From NCBI GenBank assembly GCA_001275005.1, contig JWZX01002791.1:1-32744 (forward strand): a stretch of DNA of 32,744 nucleotides. The letters are read 5' to 3'. The stretch's first letter is position 1. The number at the start of each line of letters is the position of its first letter. The notes beneath the pieces were generated by a model that was given only the letters and a program-made list of their open reading frames with translations, did not search any database and was not told the DNA's origin. Made by a program: the position numbers and the translations under genes. Positions 1-9,359 of the stretch are shown one piece after another. Source of the DNA: Chrysochromulina tobinii (taxonomy: Eukaryota).

Positions 1-1
1 G

Positions 2-228
2 TCTCCTCCTCCTCCATCGCCGCCACCACCTTCGCCACCACCGCCCAAACCGCCTCCCTTTCCTCCGCCTCCATCCCCGCCTCCATCCCCACCGCCTTTA
101 CCACCTCCATCGCCACCGCCGCCATCTCCGCCTCCCAATCCGCCGCCTCCTAGCCCCCCGCCACCCCTACCACCGCCTCCCTCTCCGCCGCCCCCCTCTC
201 CGCCGCCACCCTCTCCACCGCCGCCTTA
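2..228 (+). repeat. Ser-Pro3-4 (extensin/pherophorin-like) coding repeat
   Basis: CCN-codon-rich tract encoding SPPPP units; further Pro tracts at ~505-640, ~1055-1270 and ~4090-4125. Confidence 0.9.
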
Positions 229-3200
229 CGCCCCAGCGACCTTTTCCCTCTCACTCTCCATCGAAATCCCCATCTCCTCCCTCAGCCCGGGTCTAACCGC
301 TTCGGACTTGATGCGCCTCGTCAACGCTCAGGGGCGCCAAGTTGCCTCCGCCTCTGCTCAGGTCAGCACAACCATCACCCAGGTGGCCACCGGTGGACTC
401 AGGCTGCCCGATGGCCTCATACTGGGCAACGGAGCCACACAAGATGCGGTGCTTCCAGCGGTCTGTGGCGACGACCCCAGCTGCACGGTTACAGTCACTG
501 CGTTCGTGCCTCCGCCGATGCCGCCACTACGTCCCCCTCGGTTCCCGTTCCCTGGTCTGCCTCCACTACCGCCAGACTTGCCGCCACCGTCTCCGCGTGT
601 GCCACCGCCCCCCGGCTTGCCACCCTCCCCGCCACCTTCACAGCCGCCGTGGTGGCTCGAGCGGCGCCTCTCCGAGCAGCACGCAGCCGGACATAGACGC
701 ACACAGGCGGCACAAGCGCACTCGAGCGACTGCTTTGCCACCGTGACGTCGCGAGTCCTTGGGCCAACGGTGCCTCTGATCCAACCACCGCCCCTCAGCT
801 TGCCCATGCTCGAATCTGAGCTTAGCATGCCACAGGGCTCTTTTGGCACCAACGGCTGTGCCGGGCTACCCCAGCAGCCGGCACTGACGAGCATTCAGCT
901 CACACTGCTCATTGTCGACCGAGGCTCACAAGTGCAGTCGCGGCTGGCCCACGGGCAGCTGCAGGCCTCCAGCCTTCCCATTCTCATCGCACTGAGCAAC
1001 TTGACTAATACCAGCCTCCACTTGTTCACCATCCTCGAAACCGCAGCGGCCATCACGCCGCCCGCGCCGCCCCCGCCGCCACCGCCATCGCCGCCTCCGC
1101 CTCCGCCCTCCCCGCCTAGCCGACCGCCGCCACCCCTGCCTCCGGCGCCGTGGCACAAGCCATATCTGTTCAGATACCTACCGCCGTCGCCACTCCCACC
1201 ATTGCCGCCGAAAGCCCCCCCGCTCTCACCGCCACCACCCGTACCCCCCTCGCCCCCGCCCCAGCCACCCACCTATTGCTATCCACTGTATGGACGTGGC
1301 GACTGCTCGGAGCACGACTACTGCCTTGCTGCGCAGGGCCGTGGACGGTGCGTGGGTGGCCGTTGCGAGTGCGCCGCAGGCTTCTGCGGTGCCAACTGCT
1401 CGGGCATCGTCCTATGCCATTACTGGGATGAGCTCACGTGGCAGTGGTCCATGCAAGGAATGACGACACTCCATACCATCGGCCAGGCCATTGTATGCGA
1501 AGCGGACGACGTGCCGGCGACTGCATTCGCCGGCGTCTGCGTCCTCGGCGCGCCCACACCGCCACCTTCGCCGCAAGTCGAAGCCGTCGCTCTTCCTCCT
1601 GCAAGTCTCTTTGACGGTTCGAGAGCGTCCGCCGTGGCGATCGTGCTCTGCACACTCCTCAATGGGATCACCGTTCGTCGTGCTCGTCAGTGGCGCCAGT
1701 CGCTGCTCCCCGCGAGCTTGAAAGATCCGATGTGGTCGGACATTTTGGTGCTGTGGTTCTTCATGGGCGTGTACGCAAGCAAGCGCGTCCTGACGACGGT
1801 CGTGCTCGCATGCATCGAGTTTCGGAGATGGACTTGGGAGCTGCTCAAACGCTGCGCGATCACCTCAGTGCTCGCCGGGCTTGCGATCGCATGCTGGATC
1901 TGGGGCTGCCTGGTGGAGACGGCATCTATGACGAAACGCACAGTCACCAACGTGATGCTCGTCGTCTTTTGGATTGGCATGTGGACCAAGCAGACGACGT
2001 TCGCTTGCATTCATCTAGTGCGCGGCAGTGCCATTACAGCCGCGCTCGGCCTCAAAGCTCTCACCGTCTTGATCGCCCTCGAGTCGAAACGTACGGTCAC
2101 GAACGCCATGCTGGCCATCTACTGGCTTGGCATGTACATCACGAATGCCATCAAAGCCAAGGTGCTCAAGCTCAAGGCCGCGTACAAGGCAGCGAAGGAG
2201 CGACGTCGTATGGCGAGGGAGAGGCGGGCAGCCGAGCGCAAGGCGGCAGCCGAGCTGCGGGCAGCTGAGCAGCGCAGGGTGCAGGACGAGAGAAGGCGGA
2301 AGATGGAAGCGGAGCTCAAGCGCAGGGAGAAGGCATACGTATCCTATCCGAAGCAGAAGAAGGGCCCAGTTGCCATGGTTTCACCCTCATGGAGGTGGAG
2401 TGATGTCGAAGACGAGGTGGCCAAAGAGGATCTGCCGCTGGACGGGCCCAGCCGCGCTCAGAGGCCGACGTACCCATCCCCGTACATGGCGTCGACGGAA
2501 GAGGACACGACAGTGCGCGAGCTGCAGGCAGAGGCGGAAGCCAAGGCCATCAAGGCAGACGCAGTACGCGCCCGTGTCGTCGAGCTGCAGGAGCAGCTCA
2601 CCAATGGCATCCTCACGCTCGAGGGACGCACAGAGCTTCAGCACCAGGAGGCGCTGCTCAAGGAGCTCAATGAGGCGGCGGACAAGGCGGCGGCGGCGGC
2701 GCACTTGGCGGCACACACGGCTGCCGCGGTCAAGCTGCAATCGATCCAGCGCGCCCGCTCGTCGCGCACGTCGAATCCGGCCGCCGCTCATGGCGAGGTG
2801 GTCAACGGGCCTCTGACTCGCGACGAGCGCGACGCTCTCATCGCCGCAATCATTGCGGAGGGACATGCACATGGGCAGCGGCACGGGCTGGCGATTCCGC
2901 CGCTCAGCAGCACCCGCGTGCATGCGGTCCCGATGCACATGGCCAGTCGGCCAATTGAGCTGGTGAACGGTCAGCTGACCAAGGCGCGCACGCCCATCAT
3001 CACACTCGACCTCGCCGAGCTACGCGGTGGCTTGCTGGTTGAGCCTGACTCTGCCCGCCTCGAGGCTGGCGTGTGGGAGGAGGCTGTGCTGCGGGCTAGC
3101 CCAGATCGCTCCCGGTTGATGACGGGTCGCATCTCTATGGCGGCGTTTCTCCAGCAGGATCCATGGGGGGCTGCCCGACCCACCTCGGCCGCATTGGACT

Positions 3201-6200
3201 CAGCGCGCGGCATTTCGGAGACAGAGGTCGCGAGCACGAGTGAAGGCAGCGGCTCCAGCGCCCGCGAGACGCCCCGATCTCGCGTAACGTCTCGAGCTGC
3301 ATCTCGAGCTCCGAGCTCCGAGCTGCCCGAGGTGCAATCTCGTCCTCAGTCTGCTGCATCAGTGCTCGGTACTTCGCGCTCTCAATCCGCCCTCGAGGCA
3401 CCGCGTGCCGAGGCACCGCGTGCCGAGGCTCAGCTCTCGCGTAAGCGCCTGCAGATGGCCCCTCTACCCGTTGACATCAATCGCCCCCAGACGGCGGGCG
3501 CAGGCCAGCGCCCGAGCATACGCCCGAGAACGGCAGGTTGTGAGCGACCTTCCGATCCCTCGTCGGCAGCGTGTGGCAGTGGAGCCCCCCAGCTCGTCCG
3601 TAGGCGCATGCCCATGGACCCTCAATTACTGCAGGGGCCCACCTCGTTTGCTTGCCGAGGGCCCACACCCTTCGCCGAAGCCCTTGGCCGTACCGGTACG
3701 GGCGGGCCGAGTGGCACTGGCTCTGGCACTGGCTCACTCCCTCGGCCGCAGAGCTCGCCTGGGTTACTTCCACAGCGGCTGCAGGCCGCCTCGCAACCCA
3801 ACCCAAACCTGGCGTTGCTCGACGTGCAGATCGATCACTACCCCAATTCTCTCGAGCATCCGGAGTACGAGGGCTACGCGTACGAGCCGGCCCGCATCCG
3901 TGCCCGGCTCGCACTGAGCGGCCAGCTCATCCGCGGGCGCATGATGAGCCAAGCAGACCCTGGCTTTCTCTCGCGCCCCGCCTCGAGCACAGTAGTCGCC
4001 TCGCGCGCGAATGCGTGGGCAGCCGATGGCGGCAGCTCCCAAGCGTCCACACGGCCGGGCACGCCGACGAGCGCCTTTCCGTCGCTCGCCGCTCCTCCCT
4101 CGCCGCCGCCCTCGCCGCCACAACAACCCGAGCTCCCGCCGTTGCGCGACGGCTCGAACCGGCCGCCGTTCCCACAGTCGCAGCCCTCCACAGCCCCCCG
4201 CCAGCCCCCCGCTGCGGCCCTTGCCCGACCCAGCTCGACCTCTGGCCAGCCGCTCCCGAGGCCTCTCAGCCGCCCGGGCTCCGCTGGCCTCTCACGTAGC
4301 CTGAGCGTGGCCGCTCTGACAGGGCTCGTCCACTTGGACGAGCCCGGGGTTCTCGACAGCCCGCGCAAGGGGCTACAGAGTGGCAGCTCGGGATGCACCG
4401 AGGTGATTACAAGCCATGCCAACGGCTCTATGATTCGCAATCTCTCCCGCCCCTCCTCAGCCGCTCGCCTCCAGCCGCTCGTGTCGCGCCCATCATCGTC
4501 CCGCTTCGGACCACCGCCCGCGTCCGCAGCCTCGCGTGGGGGGCGGCTCGAGCTCGATCCGCTCGGCATCCACCGCCAGCAGCAGCAGCAGCAGCGGCAG
4601 CAGCCTTCACACGATCAGTCGCCGCAAGGCTCGGCACGTAGCACCCAGGACAACGCTCCTTCTCGTACCGCCTCGACCTCTCGTCGCCTCTCGCACGCCT
4701 CTGCACCTCAGCCCGCCTCGCCGCGCCTCTCTTTGCACAGCAGCGACGACATAGTCGACTCTCCGATCGTGACGCCAATCGTGACGCCTCGAGGTCCATC
4801 GGAGGGCGTCGACCTTGAGGCGAGCGTCGACGAGATGCAATGGGACGAGATGCGATTGGACGAGATCGCAATCTCGAGTGCAACTCCGGCTGCTGGTGGC
4901 GTGCGCGTGGCAGCCTCCGCGTGGCACGAAAGGGAGGTCGAACGAGAGGCTGAGCGGAGCGATGTCGAAGCAGGCGAGAGCAGGGCTCCTGCTGCCGCGG
5001 AGGCTGAATGGGCTTCTAACGTGGCTGTCGACGCTGGATCTCCACGTACTTCAAATGAGGCAAGCGCGGCGCGCGGCGCGTCGGAAGCCGACGAGGCGGC
5101 TCGGCAGCGCTTAGTGCTCCAGACGACGCTGGCGAGCAGCAGCCATCGTAACTCGGACGTCTTGAGAGCTGTCTTGAGTGAGGCCAGCGATGGCCACGAA
5201 GCTGTCTTGAGTGACGAAGCTGTCTTGAGTGACGAAGCTGAGGTGTCGCCTGCTCGCAGCGACGTGGATGAGCAAAGCGAGGGTCACGGCGACGAGGGAG
5301 GTGCTGAAGAGTATGACGACCCGGGTGAGCACGACAAGGGTATCCGCAGCCGCGTCGAGGCACCTGTCGAGGACCCAAGAGTCGAGGACCCAACGGTCAA
5401 GTCGTTTACCGGCGAGCTGCTCAAGCACGTGCTCTCGCCCTTGGCTTGCTCGACCCTCACGTGCCACCTGAACGAACACGCCAAGGCTAACGAGGGGCAC
5501 GATCTGCGCCTCAAGATCACGCGGCCGGAGCTCGAGCAGCTGATTGGCCTCGAGGAAGTTGGTAGGGTGGTGGCCGCTTTCGGCGCGCCCTTCGACACCC
5601 TCAAGTTGAGTTCGGTTCGCCCCATGAGCGCGACAGTGCGGCATGAGCGAACCGCCGTCGCAGCCGCCGCCTATGAGCTCGCTACGGAGCCTACGCTGGA
5701 CCTCGAGCAGCAGATCGAGGGGAGATTGGGAAGTGGTGAGGCGGAGGAGGCCGAGGAGGCCGAGGAGTGCGAGAGGGCCGCTGCGCGCGCATCCGTCGAG
5801 GCGACCGAGTCGGCCGAGGCGACCGAGTCGGCCGAGGCGACCGAGGCGCACCGGCTCAAGGCAGCGCTCGAGACGATGCCTTTCTTCTCGATCCCGATGC
5901 TTGCCCTACGAGGCTGCTCGGCTGAGTACGTCGACGCCCTCGCGCGCTGGCACACCGTCTTCGCCATCGTGTGCCAGCCACACCCAGCCACCGGCACACA
6001 CCCTCTGATCGACCTCGAGCAGCAGCTGCAGTGCTTCTGGAGCCATCTGATGCTCGAACTCGGCGCGGTCGCTCTGCTTGCGACAGCACACGGGAGGGAT
6101 GCCGACGAGGCGCTCGAGGAGCAGCTTGGTGCGATCTCTTTCACGGCGGCCATCGCGGCAGGCGTGTGCGGCCTTGCTGTGAGTCGCGTCGCCTTTGTCA

Positions 6201-6955
6201 TCGCTGGGCCCGCGGGCCGTGTACGGAGCACCAGGGCCGTTACTACTCCCACTACTCCCACCGCCGGCGAGCGCCGCGCGCCAAGCGTGTGGACGCCGAG
6301 TATCTTGAACCCGAGCCCCTGGGCCCGTGCGGCTGGACCCGAAGTTGAGGACGTCTGGGCGTACCGGCACTGGGCGTCCACTACGGCGCCACGCAGGCGT
6401 GAGTTTGCGCTCCGCGCGCTTCGCTCCGCCGGCGGCTGGCTGGTTGCATGGTCGATCTTCGCCGGTGGCGCCACGCTCGCGCGTGGGTGCATGATGGGCA
6501 CCTCGGGACGTCGAGCCAGCGCCGTGCTCCGCGGCTGGGCCCTCTCCCAGGCTGTCTCGTGGGCTCTCGTGGAGCCTGCTGGGGTGGCTCTCGCGCTCGT
6601 GGTCTTCTACGCGCCCTTATGGTGGCCTCGTCTTCTCACGTACGCCTTCGGGCCCATCGGGTGGATGCAGCGCAACAAGCTCCCGACCGCCCGCGCGCTC
6701 CTGATGGCGCCTGTGCTGCCACGGCTGCGCTTACGACTTGAGGCGCGCCCAACTCGGCGCTCATCGCGTGCCAAGGTCGGACCGAGCTCCTCTGAGGGAG
6801 ATCTTCCGCTGGCGACCTCCTCGGCGGCTGAAGATCCGAGCTCCGGTGACGACGCTCCTTGGACCTTCTTTGCTACGCCTATCGGCATCGTGCGCGGTCG
6901 CCTCGGGCTGAGGCGCGCTCCCCGCAAGTATAGGATTCATGCCGCCCCAATGTGA
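2..6955 (+). CDS. 5'-partial proline-rich, EGF- and GPS-like, polycystin-1 (PKD1/PKDREJ)-like multi-pass membrane protein
   Basis: The frame is open from base 2 (SPPPPSPPPP...) to TGA at 6953-6955, so the ORF-track start at 308 is not the true start. EGF-like Cys pattern ~1304-1400; GPS-like CHYWD...WSMQG...C...TAFAG ~1416-1545; hydrophobic segments ~1625-2140; C-terminal HTVFAIVC...EQQLQCFWSHLMLELGAVALL and GWALSQAVSWALVEPAGVAL resemble PKD1 TM2 and TM5. Confidence 0.75.
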   Translation, partial: SPPPPSPPPPSPPPPKPPPFPPPPSPPPSPPPLPPPSPPPPSPPPNPPPPSPPPPLPPPPSPPPPSPPPPSPPPPYAPATFSLSLSIEIPISSLSPGLTASDLMRLVNAQGRQVASASAQVSTTITQVATGGLRLPDGLILGNGATQDAVLPAVCGDDPSCTVTVTAFVPPPMPPLRPPRFPFPGLPPLPPDLPPPSPRVPPPPGLPPSPPPSQPPWWLERRLSEQHAAGHRRTQAAQAHSSDCFATVTSRVLGPTVPLIQPPPLSLPMLESELSMPQGSFGTNGCAGLPQQPALTSIQLTLLIVDRGSQVQSRLAHGQLQASSLPILIALSNLTNTSLHLFTILETAAAITPPAPPPPPPPSPPPPPPSPPSRPPPPLPPAPWHKPYLFRYLPPSPLPPLPPKAPPLSPPPPVPPSPPPQPPTYCYPLYGRGDCSEHDYCLAAQGRGRCVGGRCECAAGFCGANCSGIVLCHYWDELTWQWSMQGMTTLHTIGQAIVCEADDVPATAFAGVCVLGAPTPPPSPQVEAVALPPASLFDGSRASAVAIVLCTLLNGITVRRARQWRQSLLPASLKDPMWSDILVLWFFMGVYASKRVLTTVVLACIEFRRWTWELLKRCAITSVLAGLAIACWIWGCLVETASMTKRTVTNVMLVVFWIGMWTKQTTFACIHLVRGSAITAALGLKALTVLIALESKRTVTNAMLAIYWLGMYITNAIKAKVLKLKAAYKAAKERRRMARERRAAERKAAAELRAAEQRRVQDERRRKMEAELKRREKAYVSYPKQKKGPVAMVSPSWRWSDVEDEVAKEDLPLDGPSRAQRPTYPSPYMASTEEDTTVRELQAEAEAKAIKADAVRARVVELQEQLTNGILTLEGRTELQHQEALLKELNEAADKAAAAAHLAAHTAAAVKLQSIQRARSSRTSNPAAAHGEVVNGPLTRDERDALIAAIIAEGHAHGQRHGLAIPPLSSTRVHAVPMHMASRPIELVNGQLTKARTPIITLDLAELRGGLLVEPDSARLEAGVWEEAVLRASPDRSRLMTGRISMAAFLQQDPWGAARPTSAALDSARGISETEVASTSEGSGSSARETPRSRVTSRAASRAPSSELPEVQSRPQSAASVLGTSRSQSALEAPRAEAPRAEAQLSRKRLQMAPLPVDINRPQTAGAGQRPSIRPRTAGCERPSDPSSAACGSGAPQLVRRRMPMDPQLLQGPTSFACRGPTPFAEALGRTGTGGPSGTGSGTGSLPRPQSSPGLLPQRLQAASQPNPNLALLDVQIDHYPNSLEHPEYEGYAYEPARIRARLALSGQLIRGRMMSQADPGFLSRPASSTVVASRANAWAADGGSSQASTRPGTPTSAFPSLAAPPSPPPSPPQQPELPPLRDGSNRPPFPQSQPSTAPRQPPAAALARPSSTSGQPLPRPLSRPGSAGLSRSLSVAALTGLVHLDEPGVLDSPRKGLQSGSSGCTEVITSHANGSMIRNLSRPSSAARLQPLVSRPSSSRFGPPPASAASRGGRLELDPLGIHRQQQQQQRQQPSHDQSPQGSARSTQDNAPSRTASTSRRLSHASAPQPASPRLSLHSSDDIVDSPIVTPIVTPRGPSEGVDLEASVDEMQWDEMRLDEIAISSATPAAGGVRVAASAWHEREVEREAERSDVEAGESRAPAAAEAEWASNVAVDAGSPRTSNEASAARGASEADEAARQRLVLQTTLASSSHRNSDVLRAVLSEASDGHEAVLSDEAVLSDEAEVSPARSDVDEQSEGHGDEGGAEEYDDPGEHDKGIRSRVEAPVEDPRVEDPTVKSFTGELLKHVLSPLACSTLTCHLNEHAKANEGHDLRLKITRPELEQLIGLEEVGRVVAAFGAPFDTLKLSSVRPMSATVRHERTAVAAAAYELATEPTLDLEQQIEGRLGSGEAEEAEEAEECERAAARASVEATESAEATESAEATEAHRLKAALETMPFFSIPMLALRGCSAEYVDALARWHTVFAIVCQPHPATGTHPLIDLEQQLQCFWSHLMLELGAVALLATAHGRDADEALEEQLGAISFTAAIAAGVCGLAVSRVAFVIAGPAGRVRSTRAVTTPTTPTAGERRAPSVWTPSILNPSPWARAAGPEVEDVWAYRHWASTTAPRRREFALRALRSAGGWLVAWSIFAGGATLARGCMMGTSGRRASAVLRGWALSQAVSWALVEPAGVALALVVFYAPLWWPRLLTYAFGPIGWMQRNKLPTARALLMAPVLPRLRLRLEARPTRRSSRAKVGPSSSEGDLPLATSSAAEDPSSGDDAPWTFFATPIGIVRGRLGLRRAPRKYRIHAAPM

Positions 6956-7089
6956 CGGATGCAGATGTAATTGTAAAAGTTGAGAGTGTAAGATTGCCGA
7001 GAAACACGAGGAGGAAGTGTTGCGTTGAGTCTCTCGGTCTTCGATCGAAACACACATCTCGTGACATCTAATCTTACACATCATCCACC

Positions 7090-8592
7090 TCATACTCGCA
7101 CGCGTGGCGACGCGCTGGGTGGCATTCGCACGCGAAGTCGATTGCCGAGGAGGTGCGTCGGCACGACGTCATTCGCAGCGACAGCAGCTCGGTGAGCTCC
7201 CGCCTCCTCGGCCGCTCTCCAATGGCACGCACCTCGCTCCGCGCTGCTGGTGCGCGCGGATCGAGCGGTCAACGCCCCGGATGACGAGCAAGCCGTGCGC
7301 GCCGTGCGCGGCGTCGCGGATCGAACGGTCAACGCTCCGGATGACGAGCAAGCCGTGCGCGCCGTGCGCGGCGTCGCGGATCGAGCGGTCAACGCTCCGG
7401 ATGAGCGCGCCGTGCGTGGCGTCGCGTGCGTGCCAGCGCGAGCAGAGGCTGGGGGCAGCCTCTGCAACATGAGCACTCGGGCGGAGCCGAGCTGCTGCGG
7501 ATTGAAGACGGGCACTCGGCTGACGCGGCTGGGCTTCAGCGGGGGCTCGGCCTGTGCGCCGAACTCCGCCTTCAAAGCAGCCTCGACCGCCGCGACGGTG
7601 ATCGCACGCGCCAACGCGTGCAGTGCGGCACTGAGCGCTTCCTCGGGTGAAATCTCGGGAGTGACCTCGGGTGAAATCTCGGGAGTGACCTCGGGTGAGC
7701 ACAGCGCCTGCTCGAAATGGCCACGTGTCGTCACAGGCGTTATCTCGGGAGAGACCTCGGGTGGGCTCGGCGCCTGTTTGAAATGGCTCTCGAGCGAGGC
7801 TGGCCGAGTCGGCGTACGACCGCTGCTGCTGCCGCTGCTGCTCGTAGCGAGCGTGCGGTGGCAACCCTCCCCTGGGCATGGGGTCATGTGCCATCGACGC
7901 GGAGACCATGGTGGGATTGACAAGGCTGGCTTGGTGCGGACCTCGGCAGCGCCCCAGCCCAGGGGAAGAAGATGCGCGAGCTTGGAGTCGGAGAGACTGG
8001 TGCGCAGAACCTCCAGCCTCTGCATCATCTCTTTCGCCATCGGTTTCGGCGCCAAGGCATGCGGCCGTGTGGGCACCAGCTGGATGGGGCGCACCGGCTC
8101 AGACGCAAGATGCGCATGCCTCAAGGGCCGCGACAGGATGAAGGAGCGAAAGTCCCTGCCCGAGGCATTCTCACGCACGTCGATGGCCTCGCTGTTGAAC
8201 GGGGCTCTCGTACGCCAATCATTTGGAACAGAGCCCGGAGAAACAGTGTCCCAATCTCTCACGCTCTCGTAAGTCCAGACAGCCGCAAAGCGCAAGCGTA
8301 GCCGGCGGCCGTGCAAGGACTGGACATGCCCGGGCGGCCCGCGGCGCACAAAGTTGAGCTTCACCTCGATATCTCCCGCCGATGCACTTTCTGCGAGGAA
8401 GGCATAGGCCACCGAGGCTGGCGCACCCTTCCGCCAGGCCTCAGGCAGCTTGCCCGGTGACGAATCGGACTCATGCCGGAGCTCTCCGAGGTCGCGTGCA
8501 AGCGAAGGATCCACTCTGTCTAAGTCACGCAAGTGGTCATCGAGGTGAGAAGGGCACAAACCGTGGGCGTCATCGCCATACGCCGCTGGCAT
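7090..8592 (-). CDS. hypothetical protein with low-complexity, repeat-rich C-terminus
   Basis: Long ORF convergent with gene 1; likely ATG at 8592 (MPAAYGDD) rather than 8691. The N-terminal ~200 aa look globular, but no family was recognised. Confidence 0.55.
   Translation of the reverse strand: MPAAYGDDAHGLCPSHLDDHLRDLDRVDPSLARDLGELRHESDSSPGKLPEAWRKGAPASVAYAFLAESASAGDIEVKLNFVRRGPPGHVQSLHGRRLRLRFAAVWTYESVRDWDTVSPGSVPNDWRTRAPFNSEAIDVRENASGRDFRSFILSRPLRHAHLASEPVRPIQLVPTRPHALAPKPMAKEMMQRLEVLRTSLSDSKLAHLLPLGWGAAEVRTKPALSIPPWSPRRWHMTPCPGEGCHRTLATSSSGSSSGRTPTRPASLESHFKQAPSPPEVSPEITPVTTRGHFEQALCSPEVTPEISPEVTPEISPEEALSAALHALARAITVAAVEAALKAEFGAQAEPPLKPSRVSRVPVFNPQQLGSARVLMLQRLPPASARAGTHATPRTARSSGALTARSATPRTARTACSSSGALTVRSATPRTARTACSSSGALTARSARTSSAERGACHWRAAEEAGAHRAAVAANDVVPTHLLGNRLRVRMPPSASPRVRV
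7255..7425. repeat. 60-bp tandem repeat (~2.7 copies) encoding SSSGALTARSATPRTARTAC
   Basis: Unit cgcggatcgagcggtcaacgctccggatgacgagcaagccgtgcgcgccgtgcgcggcgt recurs at a 60-nt period. Confidence 0.9.
7641..7763. repeat. 24-bp tandem repeat encoding SPEVTPEI
   Basis: cctcgggtgaaatctcgggagtga x2.4 at 7641-7698, plus a related copy at 7742-7763. Confidence 0.85.
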
Positions 8593-9359
8593 GCTCACGA
8601 CGATTGGCTCACGAGCAGCGCTTGGGGATCGCAGGCAACGAAAACATAGAAATTGGCGATGAATGTGCACGCGCTGCCGTTTCGCATGCATTCCTTACAA
8701 ACTCCGCGCTGTTTGCTGAGGTTGTTGTTAAGGGCGTTGACTGCGTCCTGTATCACGCAAAGGTTCTTGACGTTGGAGGTGAGCTCGAGTTGTGGGGTGA
8801 AGAAGATTGAGAGTTAGGGTTAATGGACGTTAGGTGGGATTCGCGCAACACAACCTTGAATGGTCTGAAGCCCCTAGCCCAGAGGGTTTCATACCCATTC
8901 AGCCACATGCCCAACTCCATTTTTGCTCAGCCTGCTCCCCACTGACACAGTTCGTCTCAGCGAGAACGAGCACGTCGCACACATCCCCACCATCACGGAG
9001 CTCGGAGGTACGCCTCACGCGCCGCCGGGCGATCCGAACGCATACCGCACACATTATGGAGAATCGGAACCGCACCTCTTGCATGTACCTCTGCCCGCGC
9101 CTGTTCGCACAAGGGAACTGTCCACACTCAGCCAGCAGTCGTATCGCGTCGATGCCCACCCTCATGGCCACCGCACGAGCGGCCGTGGCCCGAACTGCGC
9201 GTGGCCGACACCCGACGTTGGCGGCCGCACCGCACAGGCGGCGCGATGTATGCACGCCAAACGGACGGCCGCCCGCCATGCACAACCCCCCACATGGAGC
9301 CAGATCCCCCTGGACGTCCCACACACACACATGCCCAAGGGCGAGCACTAGTTGTTGAC

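Noticed and set aside
8810..8835. Interstitial telomeric repeat
   Set aside because: Only one full TTAGGG plus partial matches; compatible with chance.
8834..9358. ORFs of 142-174 aa on both strands
   Set aside because: Non-ATG starts, no codon bias and no recognisable motifs; may be repeat-derived, but I cannot support that.
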